Assembly (NCBI RefSeq): GCF_037042905.1
Contig: NC_087245.1
Coordinates: forward strand, 21,144,001 to 21,208,000
Reading direction: 5' to 3'
Origin: Lytechinus pictus
Lineage: Eukaryota
Length of the DNA stretch: 64,000 nucleotides
In this document: positions 13,044 to 26,900 of the stretch, in pieces
Position numbering within the stretch: position 1 is the stretch's first letter
How the letters are laid out: every line of letters starts with the position of its first letter
Program-made: the position numbers and the translations under genes
The notes under the pieces: generated by a model
Told to the model about the DNA's origin: nothing
Databases searched by the model: none
The model's input: only the letters and a program-made list of their open reading frames with translations

Positions 13044-14945
13044 CTGTAAAATCAAAATGAAAAATGGAAAAATTCTTAAGATGATAAGGTGGGCCAAGTG
13101 CAATCACATTGTTGGATGCAATCACAAGTTGGATGAGTTCAGGAGAAGGAACCAACTTGGAAAATCCAGGGAGAGGCGAAATGAACCCTAAAATTTGTGT
13201 TCCCTGGACATATGCAATATTTCTGCAATGCACAAACCAGCAAACACAACTTTCTAATCACTTCCCATTTGCATCTTTTAAAACAAAATTCAGGAGACCC
13301 AACGGTCCAAGCAAACTTGTTTTGAATGGAATAAATCAATTGCAACTACGAGCAGCCAGTAGCACTATAATCTACAGTATCAAACTCAAATTCCTTCAAA
13401 ATAATTCATACATGTAACAAACATTCGGGCATCAATGTTTGAAACAATCAGCATGCCCTTTCCAATAGGGAAAACATACGCCTCTTAATAGATGAAGATG
13501 GCATCAATGACTTTCCAACGTTACAACTGAGGATAGGACCCTGATGGTCCTTGAGTCAAACCTACAGGAATTAAAGAATAGTTTTCATCGGAAACACTCA
13601 CCAAGTTGCATTGATGCCAGTGGGAAGGTGTACTGACCAATGAACTCATTGGACGATGCCATGTCGTAGTCATGTACCACCAATCTGACCAGGGCTAGCT
13701 CCGGTACCTTGACTTCAAAGTCAAACTGTTGGTTCCAGGTGGGATTGAAGCCTGAATATAAGATGGACAAATGATATACGAAGATAAAAAGCAAAGGAGG
13801 TGCATCAAAACCTGTCTGGGTTCCTGCATACCAAGCCAAGAAAATGGCAGGATGTGCGTTAAAAACACCATTTAGTTGGTAAAAAGTCTTGGTTTCAATA
13901 ACAACAATAATAATACATTAGAGTGAAATAGTACACTTCTCATCTTAGATAGATACTAAAGGTACTTACGCACTTTTAATGAGCAGGGTCTATATAAAAA
14001 TCCTTACATTTAATCATTAGATCACCCTTCCAGACAAGCTTCATAGGTCGCCAACATGAATTTATTTACTAGATGACAAAAACATGTAAAATGATTATAT
14101 GATTGGAAAAAAAATCATGAATGACTGAATTTGCAAGTAGTTTATCTCACCATTGTCTGAGACGACCTCTGTCTTAAATTCCTGCTTGGCCCCTCCTCCT
14201 AGGATATAGACCTTGACATATGGGTCAATGACCTCCTTGACACCAGAGGGTTTGGGCAGCTGCTGACCGCTGATCACCTGAATGAAGAGAACACAAGAAG
14301 AAGGAAGTCAGTTTTCTATTTGGAACAGCAACTGGAGCAAACAAGGTAGAGATGTCGAGGAGAAATAGCAAAAAGGCCAACAAAGATGTGGAGGGTGGGG
14401 ATAATGAGGTGGAAAGCAAGGCTGGAAAATGCAATGGAAAAGGGGAGGGGCGGTCGGGTACATCTAGAGAGAGATTGATGGAGCACACAAAAAAGATAGG
14501 GATAACTATTTAAAAAAATCAATTTTTTGCTTCATATTGATCATTTAAAAAATAAAATTAACCCCCCTTTCCCTTGCATTCTTTATATTTCCTTCTTCCA
14601 CATAAAGACTTACAGTGAGTGATACATGCTGTGTGTATTGATCGCCTGGCTTGGATGGGTTGAACTGCATGTTTGCTGCAAGATAACAAAATATATACAG
14701 TTTGGATTAAATTATTATAAATAAGGGTGAAAACTACATAATTCGAGCTTATACAAGATAAACAATTGACAAATTTGTCTCTTACAATATAACAATTGTA
14801 ACAACATTGAGAATTTAAAATCTGAACTAATGACCTATATTTTCCAGAAACTGTGTCAATAATATGTGACATATTGAGAAGCTGGTGCCATTGGATGCTT
14901 TTTTAACAGAAAAATGGCACAATATGAATGCTGTTCAATATCATC

Positions 14946-14989
<44 letters not shown>

Positions 14990-17900
14990 CACTCACATTC
15001 ATCGTAATCAAAAGATACACGAAATGAAAATCAATAAAAAAAAAATACAATCCAACGAGACAATCTGAGATATATCATATGACATTGTCAGGATTGGAAC
15101 CAATTTCATGCATATTTTTTTTCAAACCTTTCCCCTTCACCCAAATGATTTCTTACGTTTCCTAAGGAAGACCGGTTTTAAGATGAATCCTGACGCGCCA
15201 TTCTGAAGGAACTTTCCTTGATTGAGATCCATTTCTTCACAAGGTGTCTGGAAGTTCAAAGCAACTGAAGGAAAAAAAAAAGGAAAGGGTGGATAAAATG
15301 AAAAATAATTAATGTTTCAGATATTTCACAGCATATATCAACAACTTTTGTTGGTTATGTCTTTTATACTCTTAACATGCATTGGTCCCTGATTGTAGTA
15401 TCAAATGTACATGTATTGCTGAACTAATCATAATCTATAAATTGAATACTTGACCATTTACCAGCTTTGGTCAACAATAGTCACAAACATACAGTCAAAT
15501 TCAATAAATACCCATCATCATTGAACAAGGAAATTAAAACACAGAGTTTTATGTGACATCTATCAAATAATCATTGGTATCCTTGTTCTCCTGAATTCAT
15601 AGTTAAAATTAATCTCAAAATCATCACTGTCATTATTTTCATCAAAATATCAGTACAACAGGCAAAGAGATAATAAAGTCTAGAGTCCCTTTCCATAGAA
15701 GAGAGACTGAATAAGAGCAAATGTCATAATGTATGAAATGACAGATTTTCAAAAAGACACAAACAGGGGACGAGCTGCCATTCTCTGATAGTTACCATAG
15801 TAACAGTCAGAGACCAGTGCTTCTCAGCCAATCAAAAACAATGATTTTGAATTGGCTTGATTATGAAGCAAATAATCATCTTACCAATCTGGGCACCTAC
15901 ATCCCACATAGGAACAGGGTTGTAGTTGGAAGAGTTGGTCCGGAGACCACCGGGGTAGATTCTACTCAAGAAGAGTTTGTTGTGCTCTACGTAGTCCTGA
16001 GCCTTATCCTCGGCCAAATTGAATGCTTTACCCTCGGCAAAGGAAGACATCTGGTGACATTTGTCTGTGGATGGGATACGATATTCTTCATCAAATTGGC
16101 AATCCTAAGGGTTGTGATGCTAACGTGAATTGTGATTATGAAAAATACCCGACTCTAGACTACAACATGGTACATGATTAGAAATTGCATATAACACTAT
16201 AAGCAGGTTTCAAAGAACATATCATTCAAAAGAAAAAAAAATACATCCAAAATAAAAATGTACTTGAAATATATGCTGTATATATTTATACAGATTTCAC
16301 TATTTATAATTTTTTGTAATACATTTTGTACATTTCACTGAAGAAAATGGCTTTTAAATTCTCAACACCAAAGAACAAGGCGTTGCGAAAATGGAAAACT
16401 GGAGACTTTAGGTTAAACCGTTGGAGGCTGAATGACTTTGCTCTAGCGCATGTTTTCCATAGACTCCAGCACGCATATATATGGACTCAGTTTCCAATGC
16501 GTAAAGGGAACTCACATTTCTCCTTTGATGAAGAGAAAGAGCCGTAGTGGACACTGGCAAGAGTGACGATATCTGACAGTTCTTTGGCTAACTTCAGCTT
16601 TTTCTGTGTACGTGAAAAACAGATGGAAAAAAGATACCATATTTAAAATGCTTAACATTAAAAAAGAGGACAAATACATTACAAGTACATGATCTGACAA
16701 CTTCATTTCCCCCTTTCAATAGATTCTACTTTTATTCAATGAATACTACCACTTATTGGCTTAAAAATCGTCATATTTGTATAATGGTATAATGAAATAA
16801 TCATGAAATATTCTAATCTCCATATCGATACCTACATGTAACACATTTAGGTGAAACTCTAACATTCAATAAATTTGTTTCATAGAAATTGTTAGTTGTA
16901 ATATTGTCATAAATTACCAAAACACCATTGATATTCCACGAAACGATTATTTCACATTTGTACATATGGGGGGGGGGGGGGGAGTGGCAAGAAACTGAAT
17001 TGTGTTCAATTTCAAATTGACAATAGATTAATCTTAATTATACCAACTGAATATAATTTGTTGTTGTGGCACGAAGCAGCCAAGCATCTAGTTCTTAATT
17101 TGTGCATATAATTGCAAGACTTATACATTAATTGATTTGGGGTTAACTGATTTATGACCTAAACTTTACTAAAAACAGTTTTTTTGCTACATTACCTTGG
17201 ATTACAAAGATAATATTCAGAAGTTATCTATTTTATCTATTAACTTACAACTTCTCATTAAACATTGACTTTTAGCACAGTAATCATTGACTGTTTTCAA
17301 AGCTTTGAACTTAATTACAATTAGTAAAACATATATTTAGTTTACTAAGCAATAAGAAAATTTTATTTTGAAAGGTAAGGCATGGGCAGGAAGGTTTTAG
17401 ACTTTAAGAAAGTAATCAAATAAATAGCACAGGAAAATTAAGTCTTACATGATAAGAAAGTTGCTAGCAAGAGAGAACACATATTTTTTTTTACTGAAAT
17501 AACTGAACTATGCGAGTACTAACACATGTAAAACACAAAGTAATCAGTATTATTAACTCATACTTAAACTTACACAGTACAAGCTTATATATGGTATTAA
17601 TGTTTTGAATCCCAAAATGCTTATTATGTCTATTAGATTCCTTTAGATCTTCAAATGTGGTGAAAATAACAGATTGTATAAGATATATTTATCACTGTTT
17701 TTTTTTTTGTTTACATAAAACTTGTATCCAACATGAATGCATGGAGAAGCCTTTAATCAACAATAAATGTGATTTTGTCTCTTAGAAGTCAATATGCTCT
17801 CCACTATAAAGCAGGAAAGGCCTTTACAAGCAAAGTAAAGTTTTACACCACAAGCAGATATTGTTTTTGCTCAAAAGAGGCATTTTTAGACACTCTAAAA

Positions 17901-20900
17901 GTTTTCTTTTTCAAAGTTTCAAGAGAAATCAACTAAGAGAGAGAGAAAAAAAAAATTAGCATGTAATACTCTATAATGAAAAAAAAAACCCGAATTAAAT
18001 ACAAGCATGTACATTAATTAAAACCATTGCCAATGTGGCAAGAGGCTACACGCAGTCGTTTCAACCGAATATTTTTAATCAAAGATACCACAGAGAATGA
18101 GAAAATTGACAAACATAGCAATAATTCATTAACAAGTTTCATTTAACAACTCTTACATATACCTCCCTTTTATTCCAAGGAGTATGCTTCTTTTGCATGC
18201 AGCCATACTGCTTCAGGATATTTCAATTCAAGACTACTTGTTATATGCTCCTCAAAAGAAAGTTTGGAAATCCAAGTTTGATTATTTTCCCCTTATAGTA
18301 AAAGTCAGTGCATGTTTTGCACTGTCACAAAGATTATTTTTTTGTTTTAAAAATGAACTTATTTTTTATGACTATGCCTGATGTAAAGGTGCATTGCTTA
18401 GGAATATTAAAGATTCAAAATTGAAAATTTCAAAGTAGATGAAGTTTAAAAAGTCACTCAATGGTTGACCGCCAACAGGGTTGTGGAAACTTTTTTTTTT
18501 CAGAATCCAGGTGTAAACTTAGTTCTGCGGCCTATGAATCAAGCACAATGCATTAATGTAGTTCAATACAGTTTTTTTTAATGCTCAGTGTCAGACATAG
18601 ATTGTTGTTTGTCAATTATTACTCAACAAATATCATTTGCATTCAATCAAGAAGTGTTTATCAAACAATGCATTAGACCTGTCTTAACTGTTGCTAATAG
18701 ACCTGCCAACTGAATGGCTTTAAAGAATATCAATAATATTATGATGGTACAAAATAGGCTCTGATTCCAATTACACATATCATTAAAAAAATCAAACCCC
18801 AATTTTTCAAACTTTTTGAGGAGTTTCTATAAATTGATTTTACTAGATTGACATGCACAACACATGCTGATCACAATGCACACTGAATGTATATGGGTGG
18901 TGTCAGAACATTCTCATCAGACAGGAACATGAGGGTGAGACAATGCGTACATTATATCTCGCTCCAATCTATCTGATCAGAACAATCCGATGCCATTAGG
19001 GGTAGGAGAGGCAGTTAATGATCAAGGTATATACACAACTCTATCATCTTCATCATATTCACAACATATATTCATGATTATATAGTTTGTTTTACCTGGA
19101 GCATGAATAGGGTGGGGTAATGCTGTGTACAAGGCATGCCATTGATTTATTAAGGAAAAAAAAAGATGGAGGTTACGGTGATGGATACAAGATTTAAACA
19201 TTAAAGTATGTGTATGCAATTATTATCAACTCAATACAAAATAAGGTTTTCATTTGTGCATAAAATAACAGATAATCTTTAAACTGCGTTCTACTGCTTC
19301 AAGAGTGTGGTCTTTTAATATAAGTTTTCATTCAATGCATGTTACATAGGGACTACTGCCAGATGTTAAAGGAGATGGGTGAAAGTTTCAGCAAAATTGA
19401 TGATCCAATCATTCTTTACAATTTGACTACTTTATATCAAATTTGTAAATATCAATTTTGTATTATTAATATCATCAATAACAATGTCTAATAATCAAAT
19501 AATATAATATCCTCTTCTCCAAGCCGATGTTAATGATAATCTTTGTACAAAGTATATTTGTTCAAATGTTCTCAAACATCTACATACTGAGTGAAAGACG
19601 GACAGTGCATGTAAGTTTATAGTGCTACTATCAATCTGACTATATTAAGCTATGGTACATACAATTTAGATTTTTTTCAGACACCATGCAGCAAAGCCCA
19701 ATAACAGTGTGCAAACAATGTCATTGGGATAAGAGGAGACGGAAATCAAATTTTTTGAAATATCCAGCAGAAAAGAAGGGGTATGGACAAACCCATTACA
19801 TCACAAGTTTGTTCATTAAGATGATTCTTCCAAAGTCAAGCTTATAAATTGACTTTACAACTATGATCATTAAAAAAAAACAGTTGCTGAGCCTTATTGC
19901 ACCATGTCAAAACGAGATCATTTAATTTTATTTGAGTCTTAAAATGACTCATTAAACAAACATACAAACAGACATATTCTTGGTGCTTTGAAGGGTGTCT
20001 TGTAAAGCTGTTCATAAAAGGTGATTTTACAAATGATTGCAGCGGAGAGCGCCAAAGTTTTTAACAACAATGGGGTAATAAAACATCTGTGTTTCAAGTA
20101 ATTCCAGCTTTTACATTAAATTTTTTTTTACCCGAAGTAAGTATCTTGATGATAAAGATTATTATCAATAACTGCATTTCAATTCAAGACACCCATTTGA
20201 CTTGCCATATCCATTCACTCATGAATAATGTTGTGCATGAATTTACGAACAACTTTATGAAACAGCCCTGCTAACTGGATAAACCACCACTGAAAGATAT
20301 CTAATCTAAAATACCACTTCCTAAGGAATCAGTTCTGTGCAAAACAATCCATATAGATATCTCATTTTTTTTTCTTAACACCCAGCTACCCGTGCATTCA
20401 AACTGATTTAACCAATAACACATTCAAATCAATCTACACTGAACATTATAGTTCTAATATCGGGTGTTTAATTATCGATATGTATAAGGATGTATATTTT
20501 AAGAAAGCATTATACTGCAGAAAAGCAAGGCTGGTATGAGAACCTTAAGAAGAAAGAAATATGCAATTCTATACATGGTTTGTTTTTATTCATTACTTGA
20601 TCAAGCAATTCTAAATTTAAAGGAAGAATCATTATTTTCATAACAATTTAACTTTAAGATTATTTTTCATTGAGGCCTCTAATATATGAATTTGGAAACA
20701 ATACTAAGCCACTACTTATTCTCATACTAAAATATGAATTTTCTTCTTTTTTTAAATTTAACTTGACAGTTTCAAAATATTACAACATGGGAGACGCAAT
20801 ATCCCCCAAAAACCATAGAAGCTCACATATTTGTGAAAATAAGAAAAGTACCAAGAAAGTCTTGAAAAGTAGGAGAGTAAAAGCAAATGGTGGTGATGAA

Positions 20901-23900
20901 AGTGCGTGAAAAGCTGTAGACTTCCGCCAAAAGCGGTAGAGCAGGCAACTATGGTGAATTGTAAAAATAGCAGAAAAAAATAATGAAAAATATTGGCGAA
21001 GGTTTGAGGAAAATCCACCAAAGAATAAAAAAATAAGTAATTAGAAGTTCAAATAATTTGATTTGTGACGACATATACAAGCAGCTTTCCTACATATCGT
21101 ATGGTAAAAAATCAATAAAATGTCGTTTTCTTAGAAAATTGAGAATGGTTTTTATTGTTCCTTCAGTATATCAATACACAAATCATTTCACACATGCTCC
21201 TAAAAAGAAAATGAAAAATAAGTCATTACAAACCATTAACAGAAGTAATTTATGCATTTTATATTACATAACATTTGGGGCAGCTGCTTGTTTATATCAC
21301 AAATCAAAAACTTGTAATTCTAATAACTTTCTTTAATAATATTCAATGGATTTTCCTAAAAACCTTCACCAATATTTCTTGTTATTTTTCCTGCTATTTT
21401 TACAACAAACTTTTCGTCAGGGTGAACTTCCCCTTAAATGCGTACTACACAAAGTCATGCAACATTACCACTACTTTCATTGTTACTGTCAAATAAAAGT
21501 AATATATAGCTATTTTCCTTTGAGCCTCAGAAAAAAAGTTTCTACACTACCAACATTGCACAAAACTTGATTTAATATACATGTATGTAGCTCAATCAAT
21601 GTAGTAAATTCTGCCAGCTACATGTAAAATGGAGTGCTCTCCTGTGTATTGTAACTTACAATAAAACTAAAACAGGTGACATGTGCATGATCATGTACAC
21701 GTATATCCTTATGTATGCATCAAGAATACAATAGAATATGAAACAAATGTGATCAGATTACACGTAAAATGGTCAAATATGGAAAAACCAAGTCGCAACA
21801 TAAAGGCACTAAGGAAATGTATTTGAAGATTATAGTCTCAACCGCTGACTATCATCTAAATATTCTTGGGCATTGCACACAGGTTCAAACCATGGTTGAA
21901 TTTATAAGCTGTTGCCTCTGTAGTTGTTAGTGCTGTTTTTGTGACCTTGGCAGTGCGAAGTCACTAGCCCAAACTCTAACCCAAGCAGGTGTATTCATAT
22001 AAAATATACAATAACAATATTTTGATAAAAAATGCAAATATACAGTAAACCTCAAGGATCTGTTAAAAACTTTCCCTCAAAATAAGAATAGGAGACACCA
22101 TTCCAATTTTGGTTTTATGAGAATTGAAGCCATTTCACTATGTTCCATGCAGTATTCTATACATGTACATGTAACAGTTACACTATGTAGTTCCATACAC
22201 ACCCTATACAGGTAGATCTATTATATTCCTCAAATGAGCTCGTCTAACTAACCCCCTTAAGTCACGGAAGAATCTGCTATCAAACTAAAACTCTATCTAA
22301 GACCCGTTTGGAATTTGAAATGGACCGATGAAACATGTAAACTGCACTAATCAATTGTTCTAGGGGTGGAAATAAAAGTTTTGACGCATACATGAATAAA
22401 AGATAAGGCACAATCTGCAAAGAGAATACATCATTGCATTTGGATTTTAGCTGTACATGTATGTGTCTGAAGATTTCAAACATAGTGTGCATGAATGTAA
22501 TATCACCGAATTTGGATTTTAGATGTAGTTGGGTTGAAGTATTTCAAACACAGCGTTATCTTATCAAAATTCACAGCAACTTTTTCATCATATCTTATAT
22601 ATATAGAGGGAAGGTATCTATTTGGAAGGGATAGAAAATGCTTTTTTTCTAAAGAAAGTTATCATAAAATGCACACACAGAAAGATTTGTCATATGGAGT
22701 TAAACCTCTTACATTTCAAAATCACATTGTAAGTTATTCAAATGAAATGGTAACAAAAATAAATGGATTTTATGGTAATTATGTACATGCATTCTCCGTG
22801 TGATTGATTACAAATGAAGCTGAATTTTTTTGTGGATATTTTGTTTATGGAGATTGGTACATGTATGTGAGTACAATCATAACAAAAATCAGGAAAAATG
22901 ATTTGTGAATATGCAAATATGCTTAATAAAACAAAGTGATGAGAATATTTGGTATTGTCTAGGTGTTGCTGAAATGGTTTTGAATAGTCATACTTGCTTC
23001 ATCAAAAAAAGGTTTGATGATAAAAAATGGGTTGAAAAAGCATAGTGGAAAAAGTCTGGAACACAACAAGAAAAGCTATGGTTAGAAATAGGCTTTATCA
23101 AAAATATGAGTTAATCGAAGCCGGTGGTGTAGGGCATGCTCTTCGTATGGCTACAAGACAGACACAAGTGACATAACTTACCTTTTTCTTGTCTTTTGAC
23201 TACATATAATACCAAATCATTCATAGACGAATGAAAAAAGGGAAGAATAACAAAGGCAGATTGAGGGGGAGAGAGAGAGAGAAGAGAAATACAACAACAT
23301 ACAATATTTAACATGATATAAATGGGGAGGAGGAATATATAAAAATGCAAGAGACATACATGTACGGGTGGGGTGACACATTTTCACAGATGGTAAGAGT
23401 CTGTGTGAGAACAATGAACTTCACGACAATTACATGATTTACATCAAAACTTAGAATGGCATGCTGGACAAATTCACAAGTGTACTACATTAATTAAAAT
23501 GATATGTACCAGCACAGTACCATTCACATATGTACATATATTTCACAGTGACTGATATTTGGATTCAACAATACTGTATAATGAAAAATTATTCATGCAA
23601 TTTAACGAAAATAATGAATCCTATCCTATTTGGGATTATATATCTTTTATTTTGAATCAATAGATTGAGAAGATAATACCCCCCCCCCCAAAAAAAAGAG
23701 AAGACTTAATTTTAATTATAAGCGAAACTGTAAGACATCTCACAGACAAGTTGACATTGGCAAAATGATGTAAATGTGATATCTAATTTGCATCAAAAGT
23801 CTGCTGGTATTATAACTTTCACATGTCACCTTTCACATCACTGCTTAGATTCAACTATTCAAACCTCATAAATTGCAACTAATCTACACCATGCATATAC

Positions 23901-26900
23901 ATTTTGAATAGAAAATTGTCTGTGTAGAGGGTATCCTAAAAGAATAAATGAATACTTTTGAAGAGTTGGATGTACTACCACTTCTAATGAAAAATACATG
24001 AAGAGATATCAGGAAAGGAAATATCTGCATCATAATAAGTGGATAACTACATACAACTAAATTATCATTATTAAAGTCTGTTTCATGTTCTAAAATACAT
24101 TTTCACATGATTTACAGATTTAGTAGTACGTTTCACATCATTACGTGAATTATATTTTCTGATTGTTAAAAAATTCTGACAGTTATTACACTACAAGTAA
24201 CTACATGGGTATTGTTTAAATGCCATATCTATGACGATTTGAAAAAAGGGTTTTTGAAAGGATTTAACAATAAGATGATCATATGTATAAACAAATATCA
24301 TTACTATGTGGGTTTCTTAGGGTACTATTTGGAACATATCTTTATTTTCATGCAATATTTCTCTCTGCTTGATCTATGCATAAAAGTGAACAAAAGGGAG
24401 TATTTTCAGAATATGAATTTATTTGATTCAATGTCAAAGCAAGAAGGCTCACCTAAAGTAAGTTTGATAAGCCTCTGGTTTGGTATTAAGAGGATTAAAT
24501 ACCAAAGAGAAATAAATAAGATGATTAAAATAAAATTTCAGGTTCCTTTTACATAAATAATAAAGTTCCTGTAATCTCTACTTTCCAGTCTCATATCATT
24601 GCAGTTTAGTTTTTTTTTAAATAAATTCAAATTATTGACCTATTCTGCAGTGAATTAAGTTGATGATTCCATCTGAATAATACAAAAATGGTATTGATGG
24701 TGCTAATAAAAGTGGTGCACAGTACTCCATATTGCATAATAAGGTCATAATTGAGTGAGGAGATAAATGGTGCTTACGGCTAAATGTGCTTGTCCAAAAA
24801 GTTTATTGAGTAATTTGAGTTGCAAACCTGTAATATGTTTCATACAATACATCACTGATGCACATACAACACTGATAACAATACAAATACATTCTACATT
24901 ATAAAGGCCCTGTTACATTGATCTTTCCGATTGAACAAAATGATGAATGCAATCATGGACCTACTAGGTCCATGATACAATCAATCATAATGATTGGCCC
25001 AACCATCAATTGCTAAGCTTTGTGAAACAAGGTCCTTGACAACACACATCGATGCGAAACCCAGGCAATACTCAAAACCAAGCAAATACACATATGTAAA
25101 AACCTTTGCAGGCAGAACATGTGAGTCCACAGAGGAAAAAAAAAATGGCAACAACTCATGAAATGACCAGAATTTGTGTACATGATGTAATGTACAACAT
25201 ACAACAATATCGAATACAAGTACACGTACGACAGGTGTTTCAGATGCTAGGAGTGAGAATCTTGCAAACTGGGTATTAAATTGGATGCTGGTGAGTGAGA
25301 GACGAATAATGAACATTCCTGTAATTTTAAAACTTACCTTTTCCCCTTCATCATTCTATGAAATCAATGAAACAATTATTCAGATATCTTTTAATACCAT
25401 GTTACCATACTGATTCTCATTTACTGCATTTGACAAGACTAAAAGCGTTGTTGTTTTATCCTCCATGTTCCTCTGACCCTATTCCTATCCTCTGAGCCTT
25501 CACACTTTTCACCATAATATATGTTGTTTATCATTTGCGAGTATGCAATATGCATTCTTTTATTATGTATCATTGTACAATGTAATGATCATGATTGGAA
25601 ACACCTAAAACAGCATCAGCAGTACAAGGAAGGAGGGAAACTGCCCTTCCCATGATTTTTTGAGTTGTGAAAGAAAAAGGGGGAGAAACAAAATTAAGAA
25701 AACAACAGCAAAAAGATGAAAAGTATCAAGAAGAGAAGTCTGGGTCATGGACTCTATATCATCCCTGTTATTTAATTGAGGACAAATATTACATAAGCTT
25801 CATGTCCTCTCATCCTCCCACCACTGACTTTACGATCCCTGCATCAATTACACCATCGAAACACGAGTTCCACAAACACCCACATGTCAAAACCATACAA
25901 TGGAAAGAAAAAATATTCATAAAGGTGTCTAAACATGTAACATCTTACTTATAAAAATATAAATGTCTTTTTAAACGATTTGATAATCTACATGTATTAA
26001 AGAAAATAAATGTATGTATAGTAAGTATAAATATATATTGCTGATTATTTGCAGTTATTTATCCTTCAAAATTTGCTGATAGATGTTGGATTTGTTTATT
26101 AATACTTAGCTGATAAAAAGACACCAGTATGAGTAAAGAACCACTTCCCGTCAGGAAATCATGTACCCTTAAAACTATGTGTAAAAAGCTACCCAAACAT
26201 GTCCTAGTTTCCATATTAACCACTTTGCACTCGACTATATTCTTCTCTAGACTTTAATACGAGAACCATTAAATCCCAGAGATAATGAGTTAATAATATT
26301 GAAGCAAGATTACATGGGGGCAAGCAAGCAAGCGGGCCAAGAAACACCTGGACAAGCAAAATGAATGTTGAGAATCAGTGTTCACCGATAATATTGCACC
26401 AACAAGACTCGAGAGACTTGATAAACTTGAGATTGAGGCCCTCCGAAAACTGCTTTTTCGCCTCTGGAGAAGGATAGGAAAAGGGAAGATCCAGGAATCA
26501 AGGAATATTTTAAATCTTTTATTTTACTGGGAGCACTGCAGCAAAATAATATGAGGGACCGCTGAAAAATAATTGTTTTCTTACAGCAAAAGATGGAACT
26601 TTTGCAAAAAAGTTTTTTTTTCTTGTGCTATCTTTCCAAAGTTTATCCTCAGCAATAATATGTTGATCATGATTGTGAAATGCAGTTTTTGTCTCTTTAA
26701 AGAAAGGAAGCCTGTGCACATTTCATAAAATCGTAGATTGGTTTAAAGACCAAAATTCACTAGCTGATTTTCAAGTACATATTTGATGACTAGAAAACAG
26801 CTGAAAACATTACTTTGATATGGCACATAGCAAGAGTATTGTACATGTATGCTTAAGCCCTGGATTTCAATCCATCTTATCCAATCTATTTTCTTCGCAT

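Noticed and set aside
14850..14900. Possible decayed copy of the 14614-14675 exon (HPMAPASQY vs NPSKPGDQY)
   Set aside because: Only about 22/49 nt match; cannot be distinguished from chance by eye
18163..18189. 27-nt segment KHTPWNKRE as a fourth microexon
   Set aside because: Purine-rich AAG acceptor without a pyrimidine tract and only a moderate donor
20827..20948. Strong acceptor at 20949-20950 followed by a GC-rich LPALPLLAE segment
   Set aside because: The in-frame donor (GAA|gtctac) is weak and the good donor gives a 122-nt frameshifting exon; support is insufficient
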